A stretch of DNA of 64,000 bases from Candidatus Omnitrophota bacterium (lineage in GTDB: Bacteria > Omnitrophota > Gorgyraeia > Zapsychrales > JANLHA01): positions 5,148 through 69,147 of the forward strand of contig JAKQKX010000065.1 of NCBI GenBank assembly GCA_029560465.1, given 5' to 3'. Below, piece by piece: positions 20,263 to 29,924 of this stretch. Numbering within the stretch: the first letter of the stretch is position 1; every line of letters begins with the position of its first letter. The position numbers and the translations under genes are program-made. The notes under the pieces were generated by a model that was given only the letters and a program-made list of their open reading frames with translations, made no database searches and was not told the DNA's origin.

Positions 20263-20607
20263 CTAAGGCATTTTATTAATATATTCCGAAAACTTTTCGG
20301 ACTCTCTCTTTAAAAGAGCAAAATATTCTGCCAACTTCACGGGGTCGGCCATACCTTTGACTTCAAGGTGCATGAAATTTTCCGCTTCATTGATACTCGA
20401 CAGCCTTAAATTGCTGGCGGTCCCTTTAACTTCATGCAAGATCCTTCGCATCGCCTCTTTATCCATGACCTGCAAAGCAGCGCCCAACTCCGTTATTTTT
20501 TCCTGAAGCGTCCCGGCAAAACTCTTGACAATACGCAGATAAATATCTGGACGGATCTTCAATTCTGAACTGATGCGTTCGGCGTCAATCTGAAATAGCT
20601 CATCCAT
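20263..20607 (-). CDS. Stand-alone Hpt (histidine phosphotransfer) protein
   Basis: 114 aa with the HxxKG motif (HEVKGTASNL) in a helical context. Confidence 0.6.
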   Translation of the reverse strand: MDELFQIDAERISSELKIRPDIYLRIVKSFAGTLQEKITELGAALQVMDKEAMRRILHEVKGTASNLRLSSINEAENFMHLEVKGMADPVKLAEYFALLKRESEKFSEYINKMP

Positions 20608-20619
20608 TTTTTCAATTAT

Positions 20620-20973
20620 TTAACGGCATCCCATGCCGGAATTTTCACAAAACTTTTTCAACTCTTTAAAAACGCCCGATAAAACCGTGAACAATCCGGT
20701 CAGCTCCGCCTGATTGATATTCCCGGATTTAACTATAACATTCATGGTGCGGGCGACAGACGACAGGTCCGTGATGCGCATGTTGTCGTAATCGCCTTTC
20801 AAACGATGCGACAGCTTCTGGACCGTGTCCCAATCTCCCCCGTTCATCGCCTTTTCAAGATCCACGATATCGCCGGTCGTCTGAGCGACAGCCTTATTTA
20901 AAATCCTCAGATAAATATCCCGCCCGATTTTAAGTTCTTCACAATTTTTATCCACATTGATCGCTAATGCCAT
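20620..20973 (-). CDS. Stand-alone Hpt (histidine phosphotransfer) protein, paralogue of the neighbour
   Basis: 117 aa with the HxxKG motif (HRLKGDYDNM). It shares the KIxxDIYLRIxK motif with the 20263..20607 protein. Confidence 0.6.
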   Translation of the reverse strand: MALAINVDKNCEELKIGRDIYLRILNKAVAQTTGDIVDLEKAMNGGDWDTVQKLSHRLKGDYDNMRITDLSSVARTMNVIVKSGNINQAELTGLFTVLSGVFKELKKFCENSGMGCR

Positions 20974-20998
20974 AAGCCCCCTCCAGACGGCACAGTAT

Positions 20999-21595
20999 TC
21001 ATTTCGTTTTCAGCCGGGGCACCGCACCCATCGTCATGTCCATCACCAACCGTCTAACATTGTCTATTTCAAAAACAACTTCAACCATGTCAAATTCATT
21101 ATAACAGAAATCCACCCCGGCAAAGGCGGAATTACGGTAATTTATAAAATGTGACATTTCAAGCTCAATATAGCCGGCGATCGAAATCTCGGATTTGAAC
21201 CGGCCGGATATAATGTTGCAAAGCGTACCGCAGGAATCCTGCATGGCGGTGTCACTCTCATCGTCAATCGGCGGATACTTTAAGAGCTTCATCATTTTGG
21301 AAATATAATCCTGCTGGACATAAATGATCAGGGCTCCCAGCGTCTTTTTTTGAGCCATATCTTTTTCGCTGGCATAGAAATTGACGGCGGAGACATACGT
21401 CGGTTCATTATCATATTTCTCCATCCCGTCAGCGCGCATTTTCCCTTCAAACTCAATGATCTTCCTCCGGGTCTTGGACGGTTCTTTGGAAAAATGCACG
21501 TCCCCCCGTTCGTTGAACAGAGCCACTGTCCCCTGCTCCAGGAGGTCGGCGAATTTATCCAATTCTTTATTTTTCTTACCCAGGAAAAACAACAA
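20999..21595 (-). CDS. Hypothetical protein in phosphorelay island, possible degenerate CheX/CheC-like phosphatase fold
   Basis: 198 aa with no confident family assignment. DSCGTLCNIISGRF resembles the xxxNIxxG core of CheC/CheX motifs but lacks the catalytic Glu. Confidence 0.35.
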   Translation of the reverse strand: MLFFLGKKNKELDKFADLLEQGTVALFNERGDVHFSKEPSKTRRKIIEFEGKMRADGMEKYDNEPTYVSAVNFYASEKDMAQKKTLGALIIYVQQDYISKMMKLLKYPPIDDESDTAMQDSCGTLCNIISGRFKSEISIAGYIELEMSHFINYRNSAFAGVDFCYNEFDMVEVVFEIDNVRRLVMDMTMGAVPRLKTK

Positions 21596-21612
21596 CCACG
21601 TCCTTTCCAGAA

Positions 21613-22023
21613 TTAATTAGACGATTTCAACTGCACAAACGGATAAATAACATCCAGCAATGATTCCGGTGTGTACGGCTTCACAACATACCCGACAAGA
21701 TTAGGATTAACCGCCCAAGCCTTTTTCTTGTTCTCATCCGTCCCGGAAGCGGTGACCATGATGATCGCTTTGTTGGCCACCTGCGGGACTTTCACCACCG
21801 CCTCCATAAATTCCATCCCCGACATCCGGGGCATCTGCCAGTCCAGGAGGATAAGCCCCACTTCCTTGTAATGGGTCCCCAGGATTTCAATCGCCTCCTC
21901 CCCTGTCCTGGCCTGCAGAAAACCATTCTGGACTCCAGCCCCTTTGAGGACCTCAATCAACAACTCCCTCTCCAGGTCAGAATCATCCACCACTAATATT
22001 TTGCCATGATTTAATTCTTCCAC
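21613..22023 (-). CDS. Single-domain response regulator (CheY-like receiver)
   Basis: 136 aa with receiver motifs (ILVVDDSDLE...ILLDWQMP...VKP). Confidence 0.8.
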   Translation of the reverse strand: MEELNHGKILVVDDSDLERELLIEVLKGAGVQNGFLQARTGEEAIEILGTHYKEVGLILLDWQMPRMSGMEFMEAVVKVPQVANKAIIMVTASGTDENKKKAWAVNPNLVGYVVKPYTPESLLDVIYPFVQLKSSN

Positions 22024-22056
22024 AAGGGTCGTCCTTTGGTTAAATAATATCCCTCA

Positions 22057-24342
22057 TCACATTTTTGTGTTACGAATAATTTTCTCCTTCAATTCATCCA
22101 CACCAAACGGCTTGGGAAGATAATCCGTCATGCCGGCTTCCAGGCACCGGTCCTTCTCGTCTTCCAGTTCCGCCGCCGTAAGCGCTATGATCGGCAAATT
22201 CTTTTTTAACTCATTCCGGATAATCCTCGTTGCTTCGACCCCGCCCATCACAGGCATTTGCAAGTCCATAAAACAGATGCCGTAATCATTCTTCCGGAGG
22301 AACTCTATCGCTTCCTGGCCGTTCGCCGCGTAATCACAGGTGCAGCCAAGTGTTTCAAAATGAACTTTCAGCAATTCCATATTGGGAATACTGTCCTCCG
22401 CGACCAGAACTCTCACTCCGGAGCAGGAAATTTTCTGGATCATCTCATCCGATAAAACGCGCGCGTAATCGGTCTTCTCACCCAGGACGCGCTGCAACAC
22501 ATCGCACAGCTCGGCCGAGATAATGGGTTTCGGCAAAAAAATGTCAAACCCGGCCTGGTTGAATTCAGAAGACGTCTCCACTTTAACATCCGACGACACG
22601 CCAATCAGCTTGATATTTTTATAATGTTCCTGCTGTTTCAGTTTATAGGCCAACATATACGCTTGTTTTTCCGGGAGAAGCAAATCAATAAAAATCAAGG
22701 CTGGTAAACTCTGCTGGCCTTTCTCCCTGGACAAGAGCAATTCGGAGGCCTGCTTGGCCGTCTGGCAGACCGCCAGGACGTTCAACCGGGCGGCCTCGAA
22801 CTGCGGGAGATACTGACGCAAAGATGTTTCGTGCATATCCACGATCAAAACTTCCGCCCCGGCGTTCTTTTGGAGGACCACCACATCTTCTTTGGGAGGG
22901 TGCTCCGTGGATTCATCAAAACAAATCGTAAAAATAAAACGGCTGCCTTCCCCCAGTTTCGATTCCAGCCATATCGTCCCCCCCATTGTTTCCACAAAAG
23001 TCTTACACAAGGCCAAACCTAACCCGGAGCCGCCATAAATGCGCGTTGTCGCATCATTGGCCTGCGTGAACGTTTCGAAAACAGCGTCCTGACGGTCTTC
23101 AGGGATCCCGATCCCGGTATCGCGCACGAGAAATTTAAGCGTCCGGCCCGGCTGCGTAAACCCATTCTGTCCGACCAGGCTGACCTCCAACCCGATCTCG
23201 CCATGTTCAGTGAATTTGATCGCGTTATCGATCAAATTGATAAAAATCTGTTTCAGCCGGGTCGGGTCTCCCATGAGAAACCGCGGGACGTCCAGCGCGA
23301 TATTGAAATACAGGTTAATAGGCTTGCTTGTCAAACGGGTACGGATAATCTTAAAAACTTCTTCAACGACATAATCAAGGTTAAAAGGGATCTTCTCCAA
23401 TTTGAGTTTCCCGGACTCAACTTTGGAGAAATCCAGGATGTCGTTGACAATCTCCAACAGCATCCGTCCGCTGACAATAATCGTGTTCAAATGCTCGTTC
23501 TGTTTGCTGTTAAGCCCGCTTTCTTTCAGGAGGTCGGTAAACCCCAAAATCGCATTGATCAGCGTCCGGATCTCATGAGACATGTTCGCCAAATATTCAC
23601 TTTTAGCCCGGGCTTCTTCCTGAGCCTGCTGCGTCAGCTTGATCGCCAGTTCACGCTCCTTGATAAGTTCCCTCTGGCGTTCATGCAACTTACTCTGGGC
23701 CACTTTCAGTTCACGGCCGGTTTCCTCATAATCCTGCAACAGCTTCGAAAGAACCCCGACCTCACAATCAACCCGGCCCTGGGCATGTTCGAGTTGTTGT
23801 TTGAACAAAGTGCAGGCTGTCATGTCCGGCTCGAAATTAATCTTGGGTATATTGCGGACAATCGGCTTCACCGGGCGGGCGGACGAGCTGCTTTTTCGGA
23901 TGGTTTCGTCAACAGCGGCGATAATGCTTGTCACATCGAGATATTCACTCTTCAACTCCCCGCCATTAACGATCTGTTCATCCAAAAGTTCCAGCAATTT
24001 CTGCAGGGCCTCAATGGCCCGCGTGATCAGCAGGATCATATCATTGTCAAGCTGGAGAAGATTCTTGCGGAACTTATCTAATAATGTTTCCGAGGAGGCG
24101 GTGAGCGAGAAGATATCGTGCAGATCTAAAAAATCGGCAAGTCCTTTAATGGTGTGGAATGTTTTAAAAACATCTTCAACCGCTTCCCGATCCGAAGGGA
24201 CAGTTTCCAAAATTAACAATGCGTTCCTGGCAGCAATGAGGTGCCGCTGGGCTTCACGGGAAAAATCCGTGAGCATTTCCGTCCCTTCCGACAGGTCCAG
24301 TTGAGGAACCTGGGGGAGGAACTCTTTTCTCTCAGGAGTCAT
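22057..24342 (-). CDS. Hybrid sensor histidine kinase: N-terminal Hpt - coiled coil - HisKA - HATPase_c - degenerate REC - REC
   Basis: 761 aa. N-terminal Hpt motif FHTIKGLADF. HisKA H-box MSHEIRTLINAILGF. ATPase boxes NLIDNAIKFT, DTGIGIP and GGSGLGLALCK. Two C-terminal receiver-like segments, the last being canonical (VLVAEDSIPN...FMDLQMP). Confidence 0.85.
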   Translation of the reverse strand: MTPERKEFLPQVPQLDLSEGTEMLTDFSREAQRHLIAARNALLILETVPSDREAVEDVFKTFHTIKGLADFLDLHDIFSLTASSETLLDKFRKNLLQLDNDMILLITRAIEALQKLLELLDEQIVNGGELKSEYLDVTSIIAAVDETIRKSSSSARPVKPIVRNIPKINFEPDMTACTLFKQQLEHAQGRVDCEVGVLSKLLQDYEETGRELKVAQSKLHERQRELIKERELAIKLTQQAQEEARAKSEYLANMSHEIRTLINAILGFTDLLKESGLNSKQNEHLNTIIVSGRMLLEIVNDILDFSKVESGKLKLEKIPFNLDYVVEEVFKIIRTRLTSKPINLYFNIALDVPRFLMGDPTRLKQIFINLIDNAIKFTEHGEIGLEVSLVGQNGFTQPGRTLKFLVRDTGIGIPEDRQDAVFETFTQANDATTRIYGGSGLGLALCKTFVETMGGTIWLESKLGEGSRFIFTICFDESTEHPPKEDVVVLQKNAGAEVLIVDMHETSLRQYLPQFEAARLNVLAVCQTAKQASELLLSREKGQQSLPALIFIDLLLPEKQAYMLAYKLKQQEHYKNIKLIGVSSDVKVETSSEFNQAGFDIFLPKPIISAELCDVLQRVLGEKTDYARVLSDEMIQKISCSGVRVLVAEDSIPNMELLKVHFETLGCTCDYAANGQEAIEFLRKNDYGICFMDLQMPVMGGVEATRIIRNELKKNLPIIALTAAELEDEKDRCLEAGMTDYLPKPFGVDELKEKIIRNTKM

Positions 24343-24434
24343 GTCAACCCCACCCGATAAAATATTAATAAATAAAACTCACAATAAATATATCATCAAC
24401 TCCTCGCAAAAAAAAGCATTGATCATAATATTTA

Positions 24435-25508
24435 CTAATATGAATTCACGCATCGGTTTCGTATATCTTCAATGAGGGGCAGAATCTCCAGGAAGCGGTC
24501 CACGATAATAGGAGAAAAATGGGTTTCTTTCATGTGCCGGATCTCTTCAACCGCCGCGTCAACCGGCCACGCTTGCTTATATGGCCGGTCCGAGGTTAAC
24601 GCATCAAAGACATCACAAATACTGCAAATCTGCCCCACGACCGGGATTTCATCGCCCCGAAGCTGTTTGGGATACCCTGTCCCGTCCCATTTTTCATGAT
24701 GCGTGATGCAGATGATCTGCGCCATTTTCATAACCGGAGAACTGCTGCCGGCAAGGAGCTTCGCGCCGATCACGGTGTGAGTCTTCATAATTTCATATTC
24801 TTCCTGTGTCAAACGGCCCGGTTTTAACAAGACGGCGTCGGGGATACCCAGCTTGCCGATATCGTGGAGCGGGCTGGCATGCAGCAAAAGGTCGCACTCC
24901 GGCAGGCTCATTCCCATGGCAACCCCGAATTTCTGGCAATACTGGCTCATCCGGATAATATGCAACCCCGTATCACTGTCGCGGAATTCCGCGGCTTGGG
25001 CGAGCCGCCGGATAATGTCCAGCTGAGTTTCCCTCAGCTCCTTCGTCCGCTCCTGCACTTTGCTTTCCAGGATCTTATTCTGGTTCTTGACTTCCATATG
25101 CAAAGACCGCATCTCGATCATGTTGTGAATGCGAAAAATAATCTCCATATTTTCATAAGGCTTATTAAGAAAATCCGTTGCGCCGGACTGCAGTGCCCGC
25201 AAGCGGACATCGGAACTCTTCTCGGAAGACAGCGCGAGGATGGGGAGATAATGCTCCCTCCGGAATTCTGCCAATTGCTCCATGATCTGAAATCCATCAA
25301 GGTGCGGCATAAAAATATCCAAGACAATGATCTCCGGCTGAAAATCCCGAACCAAACCGAGGACCTTAAGCGAATCGTTGGCGTATTCCACGTTCTTAAA
25401 TCCTTCTTCCGCGAGTATCTTTTTCAAATAAAGTCCGTGGAGTTTCTGGTCATCCACAATCAGAATCCTGGAATTATCCATTTGTTCTTTTGTATACATA
25501 AGAGCCAT
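24435..25508 (-). CDS. Response regulator with HD-GYP c-di-GMP phosphodiesterase output domain
   Basis: 357 aa with an N-terminal receiver (ILIVDDQKLH...IVLDIFMP) and an HD-GYP domain (HHEKWDGTGYP). Confidence 0.85.
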   Translation of the reverse strand: MALMYTKEQMDNSRILIVDDQKLHGLYLKKILAEEGFKNVEYANDSLKVLGLVRDFQPEIIVLDIFMPHLDGFQIMEQLAEFRREHYLPILALSSEKSSDVRLRALQSGATDFLNKPYENMEIIFRIHNMIEMRSLHMEVKNQNKILESKVQERTKELRETQLDIIRRLAQAAEFRDSDTGLHIIRMSQYCQKFGVAMGMSLPECDLLLHASPLHDIGKLGIPDAVLLKPGRLTQEEYEIMKTHTVIGAKLLAGSSSPVMKMAQIICITHHEKWDGTGYPKQLRGDEIPVVGQICSICDVFDALTSDRPYKQAWPVDAAVEEIRHMKETHFSPIIVDRFLEILPLIEDIRNRCVNSY

Positions 25509-25650
25509 CCGTCAATTAAGCGCACGCCGTGACGAATCGCGTCACGCGCCGCCTTCTCACACGCCTGATCTTTTTAAAATTTAATAAATAATACTATTTT
25601 AATGTCTGGACAAGCGGAATGTAAGTAAAATTCCGGTTTTTTAATTTTCA

Positions 25651-26424
25651 TTAAAGATTCTCAGGAATACGCTCAAGATTCCACTGTTGCAGATTCTCTA
25701 AGACCTGATAATCCGTTAAATCACATTGAACAGGGGAAATCGTGATATATTTCTTTTTCAAAGCGCTTGTATCGACATCCAAAACCCCGTCTGTCCGTGG
25801 CGCTTTCCCGCTCATCCAATAGTATGTTCTTCCTGAAGGATCCTGCCGTTTCTTGAAAATTCCTTCGATAGGCGCGACGCACTGCCGGGCCGCCCGGATC
25901 CCCTTAATATCTTTCGCCGGGAGATTGGGAACATTGATATTTAAAAACGTCCCCTTCGGGAGGCCCCGTTTCAGCACATCCCTGGCAACCAGGCGGGCCA
26001 CCTTAGCCGCGGTCCGGAAATCCGGGTTGACAAACGTGTCCAAAGAAACCGCCAAGGAAGGGATTCCGCTCAAAGCGCCTTCCCGCGCCCCGGCGACCGT
26101 TCCGGAATAAAAAACACTGCTGCCGTCGTTCCCTCCGATATTGATCCCGGACACAACAAGGCCAGGCTTTTTCTTTAAAATCACCTTTATCGCGAACTTG
26201 ACACAATCCGCCGGGGTCCCGCTGATCCCGTAGCCAAAGAACGCGCCTTTTCGCCGGATCTCTTTGTACCAGATCGGATGAGACAGAGTAATCCCGTGGC
26301 CCACAGAACTCCGCTCGCTATCCGGGGCCACGACAACGATCTCTCCCATCCTTTTCATTTCCGCGACAAGAGCGTAAATCCCTTCCGAGTAAACGCCATC
26401 ATCATTTGTAATCAGTATGGTCAT
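25651..26424 (-). CDS. surE: 5'/3'-nucleotidase SurE
   Basis: 257 aa with the SurE N-terminal signature MTILITNDDGVYSEGI. Confidence 0.85.
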   Translation of the reverse strand: MTILITNDDGVYSEGIYALVAEMKRMGEIVVVAPDSERSSVGHGITLSHPIWYKEIRRKGAFFGYGISGTPADCVKFAIKVILKKKPGLVVSGINIGGNDGSSVFYSGTVAGAREGALSGIPSLAVSLDTFVNPDFRTAAKVARLVARDVLKRGLPKGTFLNINVPNLPAKDIKGIRAARQCVAPIEGIFKKRQDPSGRTYYWMSGKAPRTDGVLDVDTSALKKKYITISPVQCDLTDYQVLENLQQWNLERIPENL

Positions 26425-26465
26425 GCCCTTCCTCCTTTAGATGGGCCGGCACACCAGCCCTGAAT

Positions 26466-27554
26466 TCACTCCGAAACACATCCCGCACCCCCCGTCAAAC
26501 AGGCACGGCCTTCACGCAGTCTTTCCACTATTTTCACGCTCCCGGAAGGCATCGCATAATCCGAAAACTCCCGGGACCTCACCCAACGGTGCGTTTCATC
26601 AGATTTCGGGATAGGCCGCGCAGAACACAGCCACACGGATAAATGCACGCGGAACTGGGTATAAAAATGCCTCACATTCATCAACGGCACTGCGGACTGA
26701 ATGGCGACGCCCAATTCTTCATCGAGTTCGCGTTCCAAGGCCCGACGGCTTGTTTCTCCCTCCTGAATCTGCCCGCCGGGGAACTCCCACAAACCCGCCA
26801 ATAACCCCGACAGAGGCCGGCGCTGGATAAAAAAACGCCCTTTATGCCTGATCACGGCAATCGCCGCGTAGATATCCTTTAGTTTCTTTGTTTTCGGCTC
26901 CGGGATAATCTCCTGCACTCCTTTATGATAGGCCTGACAGGCGTTCCGAACAGGACATTGAGAACACAAGGGAAGCTGACTGCGGCAAACCGTCGCCCCG
27001 AGCTCCATCAAAGCCTGGTTAAAATCCCCGGGGGCTCGAGCCGGCAAAAGGCGCTTTAATTCTCCGGAAATCACGCCGTCATGCCGGCCATCCGCCTTCC
27101 CGTCCAAAAGGAGCAGGCGCATAAAGACTCTGCGGACATTCGCGTCAATAATCGGTTCCGCTTTCTGAAAAGCGATACTTAAAACGGCCCCGGTCGTGTA
27201 AGCCCCGAAACCGGGCAACCGCCGGAGGTTCTCCTTATCAGCCGGCAATGTTCCCCCGTAACATTCGCAAATGATCTGGGCCGCCTTATGAACATTCCGG
27301 GCACGCTGGTAATACCCGAGCCCCTGCCAAGCTTTTAGAATTTCAGCGGGCGACGCCCGCGCGACACTTCCGACATCCGGGAACTTTTCGATCCACCGCT
27401 CATAATACGGGATGACCGCCGAAACCGTTGTCTGCTGCAACATAATTTCGGAAACCCAGACTTTATATGGATCAGAGGTCCTGCGCCACGGGAGATCCCG
27501 GGCATGCCTCCGGTACCAACAACGCAAATTCCTGTTAAAACCATTTCTATCCAT
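26466..27554 (-). CDS. mutY: A/G-specific adenine DNA glycosylase
   Basis: 362 aa with an HhH-GPD domain (LQQTTVSAVIPYYERW), a 4Fe-4S loop (CRSQLPLCSQCPVRNAC) and a C-terminal NUDIX-like domain (LWEFPGG). Confidence 0.85.
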   Translation of the reverse strand: MDRNGFNRNLRCWYRRHARDLPWRRTSDPYKVWVSEIMLQQTTVSAVIPYYERWIEKFPDVGSVARASPAEILKAWQGLGYYQRARNVHKAAQIICECYGGTLPADKENLRRLPGFGAYTTGAVLSIAFQKAEPIIDANVRRVFMRLLLLDGKADGRHDGVISGELKRLLPARAPGDFNQALMELGATVCRSQLPLCSQCPVRNACQAYHKGVQEIIPEPKTKKLKDIYAAIAVIRHKGRFFIQRRPLSGLLAGLWEFPGGQIQEGETSRRALERELDEELGVAIQSAVPLMNVRHFYTQFRVHLSVWLCSARPIPKSDETHRWVRSREFSDYAMPSGSVKIVERLREGRACLTGGAGCVSE

Positions 27555-27600
27555 GATATGATGATTTTATAAAGGCAGGCCCCCAGCGTGTCGCCCGGCA

Positions 27601-28464
27601 TCACCCCGCGACATAACGGAGACACCGGGAAGAAGACTGAACCCGCACTTGCTCCCCGAAACGGAATAAGCGCCGCTCATGTGAGCCGTCAATGTAAATC
27701 ACGCCTTCCTTCATTAAAGAAATCAGATGAATCCCCGTTTGAGAAGAGACAACCCCGGCCGTGAACCGGCATCTCGGCGCGCGGCCCCGAAAAATTTCCC
27801 GCACCCGATACTGCAGTTTTCGGCTCGTTAAAGGCATAACCGTCCCGCCGGCAGAACGGAGGGCCCCAGTCGACCCCGCGGCCGTGGCGATCCATAACCC
27901 CGAACTGTTGTGTTCCTCGCCCTTCCCCCTGATTCGAATACAATACCGGCTCATCGCCGCCGGATTCTGATGGCAGGCCAGGATATCATTCAGGGCATAA
28001 ACCGTTTCCCCTGATGATTCAAACAGGAGTCGCATCCGGTTAAGCGACAGCGTTTTCATGCGCCCGGAACACATCCGTTGCCAAAGGGGGGCGAATGTGT
28101 CCGCTGTCACGGCGCAGAAACGGCCCACGCTCCATTGAGGGTCGGAATTAACACCCAGGATATATTGCCGGGTCACCGACCGTGCCCCCTCCAAAAAGGT
28201 CCCGTCTCCTCCGACCGTAATCACCACGTCATACCTGGAATAATCAACGGGCTGTCCTCTGGGAACCATGTCAAAAGAAACCCCCTGGGCCTTCAAAGCA
28301 TTTCCAATGGCATCCAGACTCCTATAATGGGCGTCATGAGTCCCCTTAAACCGCGCAACAAAGACCTGCTCCGTCCTGCTCAAAGGCGCTGATGCACGGT
28401 GTTTCTGAAAATGGTGCTTAAACGTGCTCTTTTTATAAAGAAGCAGAACATTTTTAATTTTCAT
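27601..28464 (-). CDS. nadK: NAD(+) kinase
   Basis: 287 aa with the GGDGT motif (DVVITVGGDGTFLEGAR) and a downstream TAAGSTGALRSAGG motif. Confidence 0.75.
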   Translation of the reverse strand: MKIKNVLLLYKKSTFKHHFQKHRASAPLSRTEQVFVARFKGTHDAHYRSLDAIGNALKAQGVSFDMVPRGQPVDYSRYDVVITVGGDGTFLEGARSVTRQYILGVNSDPQWSVGRFCAVTADTFAPLWQRMCSGRMKTLSLNRMRLLFESSGETVYALNDILACHQNPAAMSRYCIRIRGKGEEHNSSGLWIATAAGSTGALRSAGGTVMPLTSRKLQYRVREIFRGRAPRCRFTAGVVSSQTGIHLISLMKEGVIYIDGSHERRLFRFGEQVRVQSSSRCLRYVAG

Positions 28465-29164
28465 CTTTCGGAAAGCCCCCTGTTAGCCTGTGGGGAAAAT
28501 TATCGCGGAAAGAAACTTTTGTCCGCATATCCTTAAATGAAGTAAAAACCCTATCTGCCTGCTTAAGATAACACGGCGGCAATGAAGTCGCGATGGCGAA
28601 ACACATTATCCCTGCGGATTTCGCCGCCTGGATTCCGAACGGTGCGTTCTCAATCACCAGCGCCCTGGGAGCGTTTACCTTGAGTTGACTCAAGGCTTTA
28701 AGATAGGGTTCCGGGGCAGGCTTGCCATGCTTGACATCATTCCCAGTCACAATCACTGTAAACTGCTTTAGAATTCTATCCGGGAGGATACGATGCATTT
28801 CGTGCCGCGAAGTCCCGGTCACCAAGGCTAAACGCATCCCGGCCCGCTCCATCTCGTTGAGAAAACTCCGAGCGCCGCAGATGAACCGTTGTTTGACGAT
28901 TTTCTTAAATAACGCTTCCTTCGCAGACAGGATCCGGTCTCCGTGGGACACCGTGTATTTCTTTTGATACATCGCTAGGATTTCACGCACACTCACACTG
29001 CCCTTCTGCCCTTCCCGACGATAAATCTCCTCATGAGGGACCGAAATCCCCTCCTCTTGGAATAAAACGGTACGCCAGGCCCGGTAATGGTCCGGCATGG
29101 TGTTGGTGATAACCCCATCCATATCAAAAAGAATCGCCTGCACGTCTAGACATGTCGGTTTCAT
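28454..29164 (-). CDS. HAD-superfamily hydrolase (subfamily IA, beta-phosphoglucomutase-like)
   Basis: 236 aa with HAD motif I (ILFDMDGVITNT) and motif IV near the C-terminus. It overlaps nadK by 11 nt. Confidence 0.75.
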   Translation of the reverse strand: MKPTCLDVQAILFDMDGVITNTMPDHYRAWRTVLFQEEGISVPHEEIYRREGQKGSVSVREILAMYQKKYTVSHGDRILSAKEALFKKIVKQRFICGARSFLNEMERAGMRLALVTGTSRHEMHRILPDRILKQFTVIVTGNDVKHGKPAPEPYLKALSQLKVNAPRALVIENAPFGIQAAKSAGIMCFAIATSLPPCYLKQADRVFTSFKDMRTKVSFRDNFPHRLTGGFPKDEN

Positions 29165-29369
29165 AATGACAACCCTTACCTTATAAAATTACACGGACCG
29201 TATTCAATCCTGGCCCATAAAAAGGAGCTGATAAAATTATACTGTTTTTGTGAAAGGACAGCGGGACAGGCAAAAATCTATAGCAGCCTGCGACTGCGGT
29301 CTGTTGAATTTTTCTGATCCCTTAAATACCCCCGCGAGAAAAACATGGGCGCCCATAAAGCGACCAAAT

Positions 29370-29765
29370 TCATTGAGCAGGTTTGTCATAAAAATATGGT
29401 TCAAATTCCTTGCGGCACTTCACTTCACAGACAAAAGGGTTGATTTCGGCTTTATTGAATTCACAATCCTGGACGCACGTTTTGCACTGCATAAAAATAT
29501 CGTTGCTGACAAAACGGCATTCCCCGTCCACAACCCGGCATTCCGCGAACTGGCGGCAAAAATCGCCGAGCTGATACATCGCCGTACAGGCCATGGGCTG
29601 GCTGAACCCGCATTGAATATCAAGCCCATGACAATTCTGAATCCGGCATTGTTCTTCCGGCCTCCCCTGCGGCCTGTCAAGGACCCCTTTTTTATCGCCG
29701 CTGCCCAGCAACACGAACACGCCGATCACGAAAGCGCAGGAAACGGTCCATTTGTTAACAATCAT
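29370..29765 (-). CDS. Small secreted cysteine-rich protein (12 Cys), last gene of the Fap-like cluster
   Basis: The likely start is MIVNKWTVSCAFVIGVFVLLGSG (signal peptide/anchor). The mature part is dense in Cys (CRIQNCHGLDIQCGF...CKTCVQDCEF...CEVKC). The track ORF extends to 29855. The overlapping plus-strand ORF 29250..29846 is judged spurious. Confidence 0.4.
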   Translation of the reverse strand: MIVNKWTVSCAFVIGVFVLLGSGDKKGVLDRPQGRPEEQCRIQNCHGLDIQCGFSQPMACTAMYQLGDFCRQFAECRVVDGECRFVSNDIFMQCKTCVQDCEFNKAEINPFVCEVKCRKEFEPYFYDKPAQ

Positions 29766-29924
29766 AATATTTTTCCCCTTATCCGCATATTTTACGGAAA
29801 TAACAACCCGCATTGCAAGACGCCGACAGAATACATGGCTTCTTAAACAACTCATATTTTATCACGCTTTAATGACGTGACGCAATCATAATGAAATTTA
29901 TAACGACTTGAAAAGACGGGGAGG

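Noticed and set aside
25590-25645. Hairpin CGGAAT-gtaagtaaa-ATTCCG followed by a T-run, between surE and the HD-GYP gene
   Set aside because: The T-run follows the stem only in the plus-strand orientation, whereas both flanking genes are transcribed on the minus strand. It is not convincing as a terminator for either gene.
29250-29846. Plus-strand 198 aa ORF overlapping the Cys-rich gene
   Set aside because: The opposite strand encodes a signal-peptide protein fitting the operon context. The plus ORF has no features and an odd composition.
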